Source: Candidatus Beckwithbacteria bacterium GW2011_GWC1_49_16 (lineage in GTDB: Bacteria > Patescibacteriota > Microgenomatia > UBA1400 > CG1-02-47-37). From it: 64,000 nt of DNA. The notes beneath the pieces were generated by a model. The model saw nothing but the letters and a program-made list of their open reading frames with translations, made no database searches and was not told where the DNA came from. The position numbers and the translations under genes are program-made. Of this stretch, positions 37,901 to 44,747 are shown piece after piece (the stretch's first letter is position 1; each line of letters begins with the position of its first letter). The DNA is taken from positions 517,663 through 581,662 of the forward strand of contig CP011210.1 in the NCBI GenBank assembly GCA_001029675.1. The letters run 5' to 3'.

Positions 37901-38317
37901 ATCACCGTCGGCGGCAGCAGCGCCGGCTTTGGAGCCTTCGGTGTAGCCGTCGTTTCCTGAAGCGACAGCATAAAGCTGCTGGGTGTGGTTGGCAGTGGTG
38001 TCGGCATGGTTGGTGTTGTAAAGCGACAAAGTTACTGAGTTAACCGTGGCCCCTGAAGGAATGGCGCTGGTTAAGTCAAAGTTTAATATACTCCTGTAGG
38101 TCACCGACGAGCAGACGCCGGATCTGATTTGAGTAGAAGCGCCGTAGTTTAGGCCGGAGTTGGCGCCACTAGCCACCGCAAAATCGACGACATAATCGGA
38201 GTTGGGCTTTAAAATGGCATTGACCGTGGCAGCTTGGGCAGAACCGGGAAAGTTTAGGATCAGCCAAAATCCGACTACTAACCAAACTGCCGGCTTGAGG
38301 ATTTTTGATAAAATCAT
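34925..38317 (-). CDS. large secreted/surface protein, paralog of the preceding, FG-GAP repeats plus FN3-like plus Cna-B/CarboxypepD_reg-like plus C-terminal TM
   Basis: Signal peptide ...NFPGSAQA. Repeats DFDGDGLKDLIVV, DLDQDGDMDLLVG, DVDNDGKKDLVIG, DMNGDGSLDLLVG and others. FN3-like 'SHYLLEYG...RRYYFVLRAFNECAGSP'. Shared module 'SCNVTNLSDGAHTVYIK' (compare 'SCDLSSLSAGAHTIYVR' in the paralog). C-terminal TM plus KKLLKLKK tail. AGGAGA Shine-Dalgarno 8 nt before the ATG. Confidence 0.75.
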   Translation of the reverse strand: MILSKILKPAVWLVVGFWLILNFPGSAQAATVNAILKPNSDYVVDFAVASGANSGLNYGASTQIRSGVCSSVTYRSILNFDLTSAIPSGATVNSVTLSLYNTNHADTTANHTQQLYAVASGNDGYTEGSKAGAAAADGDPTWDQLAHNTTNWAGSAGLSTADTDYNSTLLASGSVTDGSAGYITLSLNASGVAIVQGWLDNSATNYGFLVKAETESNGNCMDFYAADYTPGNLIAPKRPRLTINYDVSVTTSPSKTYDMGNTTDFNLRFDGANALSYTGWGDVKAADFDGDGLKDLIVVASDATGSYSAFYIIYGSLLATYSGTGNTFDLNESSSYSIRFDGVDGDDQLGARSVLPVDLDQDGDMDLLVGSVAFDGTNGTDSGAFYYFDNSLITKYTGTGNTVDLSDTANFTFRFDGATSGNGLSHGAFLAKDLDNDNLLDLIVGSGLTDYNSRSDSGSLYVIYNSIFNSSLTGTGNIVDLADTDNFNIRYDGAAASDKLSNIGLEVGDVDNDGKKDLVIGAYLADTQSRSNNGVLYVIYNSLIDDYSGTGNTVDLSDTDNFNLRYDGAESDALFSHENDLVVDVDNNGKNDLLISATSAGNYTSWGSGSLYIVYDSLIDDYTGTGNIIDMATSTNYNIRYDGPASTEDGTFLVESEFHVLDFNNDGLLDFIFPARRSSNNSIDRSGSFYIIYNDLFNDYTGTANVVSLSDPNNYNLRYDGANAIDIFSFNSLGLEDMNGDGSLDLLVGAYGADYNSRTDSGSAYVIYNFPHTTSLSSVPTSFSGNSLTLKGSISAGNSITNINSVSYQLDSNSASGGWVACSADDGSFNSKSENFSCNVTNLSDGAHTVYIKVGDVNQSYTAQANYASATFTIDNLTKTVSRACSAGAPSAPTLTSATADSASSVSLNFTPGTGTISHYLLEYGAELDNYSYSAGQIGDAQSTSFTVSSLEPGRRYYFVLRAFNECAGSPTSNIVSATTFSSGLGGVNTVISQLQTEIVGEKTTPADFSSKQQGYDLNIIVVDSQNQPVEGAVVTVFSDPKTAVTDNNGTASFIGLEPGSHTIKISYQDKIGEEKVDLTGDQVKKFELTIKIKPQNPFADWRVLGVTGLTLIIGFNLKRLKKLLKLKKT

Positions 38318-38371
38318 ACCGGTTGTCTCCTATTGTCATAGTACACGAAGGCTTGCTAAAGCAAAAGAGTT

Positions 38372-40126
38372 TCAGGGATTAGGGACGACGTTGAAGTGGT
38401 TAAGAAGATCCCGAGCAATCGAAAACCAGAGGGGCGCGGCGGTTTCCGAGGCCCAGGGGGAGGTAGAGGGTTCTTTTAAGGTCACCAGCATGGCAAACTT
38501 GGGGTCATTTGCCGGGGCAAAGCCGATAAAAGAGGCGTTGGTTGTTTCCTCCTGGTACTGGCCGCCGACGGCGATTTGAGCGGTACCGGTTTTGCCGGCT
38601 ATTTCGTAGCCTTGGGCGGCGGTCCACTTGGCCTCGCCCTCTTTGACGGCGGCGACCATCATCGCGGTCACTTTTTCGGCAGTCTCAGGCGAAACTACCC
38701 GAACTTTAGACTGGGGAGAAATTTCAATTTCCCTGGTGTCGCTGACAATGATGTCGACCACTTGGGGGGTGACCAGTTCGCCGCCGTTGGCAATTGAAGA
38801 CACGGCAGCGAGTAACTGCATCCCGGTGGCTAAAAACCCTTGGCCGAAGCTGGCGGTGGCCAGATCGACGTAGGTCCAGCGGTTATCTGCTTTCGGCTCT
38901 GGGGTGACTTCATCCTGAAGGTCGATGCCGGTTTTCTGTGTAAAGCCGAATTTCTTAAAGTAGTCCAAAAATTTATCCAACCCCAGTTTTTGGCCGACAA
39001 AAACCATGCCGACGTTATCGGAATGGACGATGATGTCGGTTACGGTCGAGTCGGGGAAGTACTCGTCGTTCCAGGTATTGATGGTGTATTTATCGATTTT
39101 TACCGGGCCGGAACAAATGTCACATCGCGTATCCGGCTCGACCGCCTCTTCTTCCAGAGCGGCGGCCATGACAAAGATTTTAAAAATCGAACCGGGTTCG
39201 AAAGCTTGCGATGTCACCGGGTTTAAAAAAAGTCGTCGATCATAGCGATAATACTCCATGGGATCGTAGGCGGGAAACGAGGCCATGGCTAAAACAGCGC
39301 CGGTTTTGGGATCGATGACCGTCACCGACCCGGCTTTGGCGCCGTAGCGTTCGACTCCGGCTTCAAGCTTTTTTTCTACCAAGTACTCTAAGCCCCGATC
39401 AAGATGGAGCTTTAATTTCCGGCCGTCGATGGTAGCTTGCTCACTAAAACTGCCGATGACAATCGGTTGGCCAAAGGCGTCTTTTTCCTGACGGATGATT
39501 CCGGGGCGGCCGGATAATTCCTGCTGGTAATAACCCTCCAGTCCGTGGTAGCCGGTGTCTCTGCCTTGGTCGTCTAAGCCGACAAAACCGGCCAAGTGGG
39601 CGGCCATGGAGGCTTCGGGGTAAAAGCGGCTTTGGTCGGCTTCAAAAAAAAGCGATTCGAGACTTAAAGCTTCAAGCTTGTCTTTTTGTTCAACCGTGAG
39701 TTTGCGGGCCAGCGGAATCCAAACCAGGTTTTCGTCTTTCAGCCTTTCGGTTAAAGTCGCTTCGGCCTTGTCTATGAACGAGTCTCTGGCTGCGGCTGAC
39801 AGCTGGGCTGAAGGGGTGGTTGATTGGGTCAGGTTGAGGTAGACGATGGGTGCCAGCTTCTCTGCCAGGCCTTCTGGCAGGGGTCCGCTTTGGCGAGACA
39901 AGTAGGCCAAATAGGCCGGCTGGTTGGCTACCAGGAAACTGCCGTCGGAGGTTAAAATCTCTCCCCTTCTGGCAGGGACTTCCAGGGTGGTTTGCTGCTG
40001 GGTTAAAGCCAGATCGGTCAACTGACCTGAAGCCAACACCTGCCAATAGAAAAGCCGGGCTAAAAGCAAAAAAGCCACCAACGAAAAAGCCAGGCTCAAA
40101 AGTTTTAAGCGCCAAACAAAATTCAT
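38372..40126 (-). CDS. ftsI: class B penicillin-binding protein (FtsI-like transpeptidase)
   Basis: N-terminal TM, then SxxK 'GSIFKIF', SxN 'HSDNVGM', KTG 'AGKTGTAQI'. dcw position after ftsL. Confidence 0.9.
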   Translation of the reverse strand: MNFVWRLKLLSLAFSLVAFLLLARLFYWQVLASGQLTDLALTQQQTTLEVPARRGEILTSDGSFLVANQPAYLAYLSRQSGPLPEGLAEKLAPIVYLNLTQSTTPSAQLSAAARDSFIDKAEATLTERLKDENLVWIPLARKLTVEQKDKLEALSLESLFFEADQSRFYPEASMAAHLAGFVGLDDQGRDTGYHGLEGYYQQELSGRPGIIRQEKDAFGQPIVIGSFSEQATIDGRKLKLHLDRGLEYLVEKKLEAGVERYGAKAGSVTVIDPKTGAVLAMASFPAYDPMEYYRYDRRLFLNPVTSQAFEPGSIFKIFVMAAALEEEAVEPDTRCDICSGPVKIDKYTINTWNDEYFPDSTVTDIIVHSDNVGMVFVGQKLGLDKFLDYFKKFGFTQKTGIDLQDEVTPEPKADNRWTYVDLATASFGQGFLATGMQLLAAVSSIANGGELVTPQVVDIIVSDTREIEISPQSKVRVVSPETAEKVTAMMVAAVKEGEAKWTAAQGYEIAGKTGTAQIAVGGQYQEETTNASFIGFAPANDPKFAMLVTLKEPSTSPWASETAAPLWFSIARDLLNHFNVVPNP

Positions 40127-40449
40127 GGCTGGCTCTGGGCAACCACGCTTACCGGAGCAAAGTATTTGACTTCCGGGTTTTGAACAAAACCCTTATTTTC
40201 GGCATCCCGGGTCAACTGGTTAAGGCCGCCGGTTTTTTCTGCCAATTGGGACTTTAACTTCAAGTTTTCCGCCCGAGTCAGCCCGGTCTGGTATTCTATT
40301 TCTTCAAGTTTGTTGCCCCAGGTCGCGGTACGGTTGGCGGAAACCATCCGGGCCACGGTTAGAACCAGGAGCAGACTGAAACACACCATAATCAAGGTGC
40401 GGCATTTTTTGTCTATAAGTTGGTAGAGTTTTTTTTGTTCTTGAGTCAT
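40123..40449 (-). CDS. ftsL: FtsL-like cell division protein (single TM plus coiled coil)
   Basis: 108 aa. TM 'LIMVCFSLLLVLTV' followed by a heptad-rich segment. Lies between rsmH and ftsI, ATGA-coupled. Confidence 0.6.
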   Translation of the reverse strand: MTQEQKKLYQLIDKKCRTLIMVCFSLLLVLTVARMVSANRTATWGNKLEEIEYQTGLTRAENLKLKSQLAEKTGGLNQLTRDAENKGFVQNPEVKYFAPVSVVAQSQP

Positions 40450-41324
40450 AATTTCTCCCCCGCTCTTAACTTGGCTGACCGGGCCCGCGGGTTGGCGTTG
40501 ATTTCTTCAGGGTCGGGCCTGACTGGTTTTTTGGTAATGATTTTAAGGTCGCTTCTCCCTTTGAAAAAATTTTTGACAAGGCGGTCTTCGAGCGAGTGGA
40601 AGGAAATAACCACTAGTCTTCCTCCTGGCGCCAGTAAATCGACGGCTTGGGGCAAAGCGGTTTTTAGGCTGTTTAGTTCGTCGTTGACGGCAATGCGCAA
40701 AGCCTGGAACGTCTTGGTAGCGGGGTGGATTCGCCCCTGGCCGCGTTTGACGCGGCTGACCAAATCGACCAACTGGCCGGTGGTGGCAAGCTTTTGGCTC
40801 TTACGCCAGTCGACGATGACACCGGAGAGCTTCTTGGAAAAGCCTAGCGGTTCTTGCCCTAGTTTGTTAAAGAGCTTGGTTAGTTCCTTAAAAGTTAGAA
40901 CGTTTAGTAAATCGGCGGCGGTGACCGCGAGTGTCGGGTCGGCGCGCATGTCAAGCGGGCTTTGGCTCAAAAAAGAAAAACCACGAGACTCATCCGCCAG
41001 TTGCTCGCTTGACAGCCCCAGGTCCATCAAAATTCCGGCGGCGGACCTTAGTCCCCAGAAGGCGGCAAAGGCGGAAACTTTAGCAAAGTTGCCGACTTCT
41101 AAGTAGAAAAAAGCACCTGGGCAGGCTTTTTCAAGGCGCTTTTTTGCCCTTAAAACCGCTGCCGGGTCGACGTCCAGCCCGTAAACTTTGCCTCCTTTTT
41201 TAAGAATCTTTCTGGTGTGGCCGCCGGAACCGACGGTCAGGTCCAGATAAATCTTGCCGGGCCTGATTTTTAAGGCTTCTATACTCTCATGTAAAAGAAC
41301 GGGTTGGTGGAACTGGCCGGTCAT
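40446..41324 (-). CDS. rsmH: 16S rRNA (cytosine1402-N4)-methyltransferase RsmH (MraW)
   Basis: 'HQPVLLHESIEALKIRPGKIYLDLTVGSGGHTRKIL' and 'DLGLSSEQL' signatures. Confidence 0.92.
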   Translation of the reverse strand: MTGQFHQPVLLHESIEALKIRPGKIYLDLTVGSGGHTRKILKKGGKVYGLDVDPAAVLRAKKRLEKACPGAFFYLEVGNFAKVSAFAAFWGLRSAAGILMDLGLSSEQLADESRGFSFLSQSPLDMRADPTLAVTAADLLNVLTFKELTKLFNKLGQEPLGFSKKLSGVIVDWRKSQKLATTGQLVDLVSRVKRGQGRIHPATKTFQALRIAVNDELNSLKTALPQAVDLLAPGGRLVVISFHSLEDRLVKNFFKGRSDLKIITKKPVRPDPEEINANPRARSAKLRAGEKL

Positions 41325-41761
41325 GTCAATTCCGGCAGGTTCTCGCTCAACTGGTCAATGTTTTGGTCTAAGTATTTTTCGTAAAGCCGCCAGCGACTCT
41401 CACTCCAGAGCTCGACCCGGTTGCCGATGCCGATAAAGACGGCTTCTTCCCCGATCCCGGCGTAATCTCGCAAATACCGGGGGATGATAAATCTCCCTTG
41501 GTCATCAAGCTCTATTTCAAAGGCGCTTCCCAATAAAAAGCGGTCGGTGGCCCGGGCGGTTTTGGCGGTTAAAGGGCGGTTGACTATTTGGCCCAGGACC
41601 TTTTGGTATGAGTCCGGGGTAACGATCATCAGGGATTTCTCGTAGTTGGCGGTAATGATCAGCTTCCCGCCTAATTTCTTTTTAAACTTTGCCGGCAGGG
41701 CCACCCTGCCCTTAGCCGAGACCTTGGTTTGATAGTGCCCTATAAGCATAGTTTCCGCCAC
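41321..41761 (-). CDS. mraZ: transcriptional regulator MraZ
   Basis: Two tandem DXXXR-type MraZ repeats ('GHYQTKVSAKGRVALPAKF', 'ELDDQGRFIIPRYLR'). First gene of the dcw operon. Confidence 0.9.
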   Translation of the reverse strand: MAETMLIGHYQTKVSAKGRVALPAKFKKKLGGKLIITANYEKSLMIVTPDSYQKVLGQIVNRPLTAKTARATDRFLLGSAFEIELDDQGRFIIPRYLRDYAGIGEEAVFIGIGNRVELWSESRWRLYEKYLDQNIDQLSENLPELT

Positions 41762-41895
41762 TTTTCACCACTTCTTTCCACTTTGATACATTTTCAACTC
41801 ATTTTCACGAGCTGTCAACCCCAAGTTTTCACGAAGGAAGAGGCGATCACTCCACTTCTTCCCAAAAAGCAGAAAAACCGATAAAATGTCTTAAT
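41762..41895. promoter_or_regulatory. divergent promoter region: mraZ promoter (minus: TTGACA-17-GAAAAT) overlapped by four GTGAAAA(Y) direct repeats; + strand TTCCCA-17-TAAAAT for ORF 41896
   Basis: Minus strand reads ...cgtgaaaacttggggTTGACAgctcgtgaaaatgagttGAAAATgtatcaaagtggaaagaagtggtgaaaagtgg... The motif occurs four times near 41763-41832. MraZ proteins are known to bind direct repeats in their own promoters. Confidence 0.45.
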
Positions 41896-42354
41896 ATGGT
41901 TTCTTCTTTTGTTCCCAAAGACTTTAAAGTTCCAGATGTTTTAGAAACCGACAAGTTTAGGTTGAGAATGCTTAGAATAACCGATGTGGTTAAAGATTAC
42001 GATGCGGTGATGACCAGCGTTGATCATCTTCAGGGCGTGTTCGGGGAAAGATCTAAATGGCCGCCTAAGGATTTAACTTTTGAGCAGGACCTTATCGACT
42101 TAGGCTGGCATCAAAAGGAATTTCAAACGAGATCATCCTTTGCCTACACGGTGATGAGTCCCGACGAAAGCCAATGCTTAGGCTGCGTTTATATTTTCCC
42201 TTCAAGCCGACAAGAATTTGACGCTGATGTCTATATGTGGGTCAGAAAAAGCGAGTTTGATAAGGGGTTAGATCCAATTCTTTTTAAAACTGTTAAAGAC
42301 TGGATTGAAAGTAAGTGGCCGTTTAAGAAAGTGAGTTATCCGGGGCGAGAGTAA
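41896..42354 (+). CDS. hypothetical protein (152 aa), AT-richer, opposite strand
   Basis: ORF with plausible promoter. No confident domain call; possibly GNAT-like, very tentative. Uses AGA/TTA codons that are rare in neighbours. Confidence 0.45.
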   Translation: MVSSFVPKDFKVPDVLETDKFRLRMLRITDVVKDYDAVMTSVDHLQGVFGERSKWPPKDLTFEQDLIDLGWHQKEFQTRSSFAYTVMSPDESQCLGCVYIFPSSRQEFDADVYMWVRKSEFDKGLDPILFKTVKDWIESKWPFKKVSYPGRE

Positions 42355-42446
42355 CTTTCAATCAACCTCAGCAAAAAGGGGAATTTTTGGTACTGGGGGC
42401 CGTCGGTAGAAATAGAAAAATGCTTGGCGCCGGGGATAACTTTCAT
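42336..42446 (-). pseudogene. 36-codon remnant of a YdeN-like hydrolase C-terminus (MKVIPGAKHFSISTDGPQYQKFPFLLRLIESYSRPG), ATGA-overlapping the racemase stop
   Basis: Translation is ~24/27 identical to the C-terminus of hydrolase 44744..45322 (EMKVVPGAKHFSISTDGPNYQKFPFLLELLEK). DNA similarity extends ~100 bp (42371-42475 vs 44792-44895). Confidence 0.6.
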
Positions 42447-43147
42447 GTCTCCGCCAAGATCAGAGCCAAAGCTTTTCTTGCCAGTAAACGGGTTGTGTCA
42501 ATTACCGGAAGAGTCGATAAATTCTCGGGAATAACAATTCCCAGCTCAGTGCAGGCTAGAATCACTGCTTCCGCTCCTGCCTTCTTGAGTTTTTTTATCA
42601 AATCTTTGATGAATTTGAACGATTTAGGAGTTGGTTTGCCTCTGACCAACTCGCCATAAATAACTCTGTTCAATCTTTTCTGATCTGAACTGCTGGGTAA
42701 AATAATTTTAACACCCACTAGCTTTAGCGGCTTTTCGTATAATCCCCCGCTCATGGTTAAACCTACTCCTAAAACAGCCGTTTTTTTATAGTCTTTTTTT
42801 CTACACTCGGTTACGGCCAAATCCACAATGCTTAAAACCCTTATCGATGATAATCTTTTGATCTTTTCAAAAGCGTAATGAACAGAATTGGCCGGAATCA
42901 CGGCAATTTGAGCTCCGTTTGCCGCCAATTTCTTGATTGAACCTGACAGCAATTTAGCGAGACCATTCCAATCACCATTATTTTGAAGTTTTAAAATATC
43001 GGCAAAATTAGGATTATTCAAAGATATTTCCGGGTGTTGATTAGGTCCTAAAATTTTGTCGCTTTCAGCCACAATCGTCCGGTAACATAAACTGGCTCCT
43101 TCAGCCGTCACCCCAACTATGCCAATATGCTTTGACCGCTTAACCAT
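42443..43147 (-). CDS. Asp/Glu/hydantoin racemase-family protein (aspartate-racemase-like)
   Basis: 234 aa. 'IGIVGVTAEGASLCY' N-terminal box and the second catalytic-Cys box 'VILACTELGIV'. Size typical of the family. Confidence 0.7.
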   Translation of the reverse strand: MVKRSKHIGIVGVTAEGASLCYRTIVAESDKILGPNQHPEISLNNPNFADILKLQNNGDWNGLAKLLSGSIKKLAANGAQIAVIPANSVHYAFEKIKRLSSIRVLSIVDLAVTECRKKDYKKTAVLGVGLTMSGGLYEKPLKLVGVKIILPSSSDQKRLNRVIYGELVRGKPTPKSFKFIKDLIKKLKKAGAEAVILACTELGIVIPENLSTLPVIDTTRLLARKALALILAET

Positions 43148-44132
43148 TCATCCCCACTGCTTCGAGCGCCCGGTAAAGATTATTTTCAATTTCAATATAG
43201 CCTGAGTTTAATCTTTGAGTAGCTAAACGATTGCCGCGCTCACCGGGGAAGTTGATTTCTTTAACTCTTTTAAGTTTCTTGGCCTTTTTCACCCTGTTTG
43301 CCAATTTCGACATATTTAACTTAAATAATTTCCTGTCACCTAAAAGATCCGGATCAATCGCCATTGCCAAATTCCCCCAGTTGTTGGCGTGGTTGGCAAA
43401 ATCAATAAAACCGGCACCGACAAAAGGTCCGCATAAAGCTTCAACCACCAAAGCCAAACCGGCGCTTTTGTAGCTTCTGTCAAAAGGCAAAATCGCTCCG
43501 TCTATCGCCTTTCCCGGATCGGTGGTTAATTTGCCTTTAGAGTCGTAAGCCACGTCTCCGGGGATCTTTTTGCCGGCTGTTTTTGCCTGCACCAGGCCAA
43601 AATATGCCATGGCGGCCGTGGCCATGTCCAGCACGATTGGTTGTCCGGTGGAAGGAATGCCGATTGCCAAAGGGTTGGTACCAAACAAAGGCTCATAAGA
43701 TCCGTGGGTGGTTACGATCGGCGGTGAACCGGCAAAAACTAAACCAATCATTCCTTTTTTTGCAATTTTGTTGGCGTAGTAGCCGATTGCTCCGGTCGAA
43801 CTGGCGGTGTTAAAAGTGCCGACAATTCCAAAGCCGTGCTGTTTAGCCTTTTGTAAAGCCAAATCAACTGCTTTACTCACCACCACCATACCCATATTTT
43901 GTTTGCCGTCGATTCTGGCCGAAAGTTTGGTTTGTTTGACCACTTTAATCTTTCCTGCTTTAGAATTTTTAGGAATGCCTTTGCCAATCAGTTTAACAAT
44001 CCCCTGGTTATTTCCCCGCAGCTGGGCATACATCAAAATCTCAAAAATTAGCTTCGTTTCCGATTCGCTATAGCCATAGTGACGAAGTGCCTTTTTGACT
44101 AATTGGTTTAACTTCGAGATTTTAACTTTCAT
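43140..44132 (-). CDS. Ldh_2-family (malate/L-lactate/L-sulfolactate dehydrogenase-like) NAD(P)H oxidoreductase
   Basis: 330 aa. 'HGSYEPLFGTNPLAIGIP', 'GLALVVEALCG' and the overall pattern of the Ldh_2 family. 8-nt overlap with the racemase start. Confidence 0.55.
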   Translation of the reverse strand: MKVKISKLNQLVKKALRHYGYSESETKLIFEILMYAQLRGNNQGIVKLIGKGIPKNSKAGKIKVVKQTKLSARIDGKQNMGMVVVSKAVDLALQKAKQHGFGIVGTFNTASSTGAIGYYANKIAKKGMIGLVFAGSPPIVTTHGSYEPLFGTNPLAIGIPSTGQPIVLDMATAAMAYFGLVQAKTAGKKIPGDVAYDSKGKLTTDPGKAIDGAILPFDRSYKSAGLALVVEALCGPFVGAGFIDFANHANNWGNLAMAIDPDLLGDRKLFKLNMSKLANRVKKAKKLKRVKEINFPGERGNRLATQRLNSGYIEIENNLYRALEAVGMNG

Positions 44133-44151
44133 TTTTTAGTTATCAAATTGT

Positions 44152-44180
44152 AGCAGAAACGGGAATTTTTGTACTGGGGG
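44152..44180. repeat. direct repeat copy C (agcaGaaaCgggaatttttgtactggggg); partner copy A at 42371-42400; parental copy B at 44792-44820 inside hydrolase gene
   Basis: About 30 of 33 nt are identical between copies A and C. The two copies flank the racemase plus Ldh_2 two-gene unit exactly. Copy B is the native coding version (hydrolase-2 C-terminus ...GPNYQKFPFLL). Confidence 0.7.
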
Positions 44181-44183
44181 ATG

Positions 44184-44747
44184 TTACAAATCTAGCTTGT
44201 TTTTGATGACGGCGACAATTTCGGGGAATTTCTTTTTCTTCTTGTCGGCGCCAAAATGACCCTTATCAAGATACTGATGATATTCCGAATTAAGCTTTTG
44301 GTGAATAAAAAGAGGTTCCTTGATGGGAAAATAAGGATCGTCAATCGAGGCAAACTGAACGATCCATTTTTGGTTTTTTCTGATTTTATCCCACTGCCAG
44401 GGTCGGTCAAAGTAACCGCTGGCTTTTTCTTCCTTATCTCCCAGGTCTGTGTAGTAGGAAGCAACTAATATAGAGCCTAGTAGTTGATTTTTCTCGGTAA
44501 AGCGCATGGCGGCGATGGCACCGGAAGAATGGCCGATAAGAATGGTGTTTTTGTCGGCCTTAAGCTCTTCTCTTAAGAAAGGCAACCAATATTTTTCTCG
44601 AGCCAAAACGGGGTCTGGAAAGTCTGGAGTCAAAACTTTAAGTTTTAGTTTTTTAAGTTCTCGGTGAACGTAAGGATGCCAATTGTCTTTGCCGCTACCG
44701 CCGCCGTTGCCGTGGATTTGAATAATTTTAACTTTATTAACCTTCAT
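44184..44747 (-). CDS. YdeN/RBBP9-like serine hydrolase (alpha/beta fold), paralog 1
   Basis: 187 aa. 'KIIQIHGNGGGS', nucleophile 'ILIGHSSGA', C-terminal His 'KGHFG'. Start ATGA-overlaps the stop of paralog 2. Confidence 0.7.
   Translation of the reverse strand: MKVNKVKIIQIHGNGGGSGKDNWHPYVHRELKKLKLKVLTPDFPDPVLAREKYWLPFLREELKADKNTILIGHSSGAIAAMRFTEKNQLLGSILVASYYTDLGDKEEKASGYFDRPWQWDKIRKNQKWIVQFASIDDPYFPIKEPLFIHQKLNSEYHQYLDKGHFGADKKKKKFPEIVAVIKNKLDL

Noticed and set aside
38318-38371. Possible internal promoter (TTGCTT ~15 nt TACTAT) plus small TTGC-TAAA-GCAA palindrome between ftsI and the first FG-GAP gene
   Set aside because: The spacer length is suboptimal and the palindrome is only 4 bp. 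It is kept only as a note; the AGGAGA Shine-Dalgarno is the robust signal there.
42387-42659. 90-aa + strand ORF downstream of the racemase
   Set aside because: It overlaps the racemase 3' end and the hydrolase-remnant region on the opposite strand. The real signal there is the minus-strand homology to the hydrolase C-terminus.
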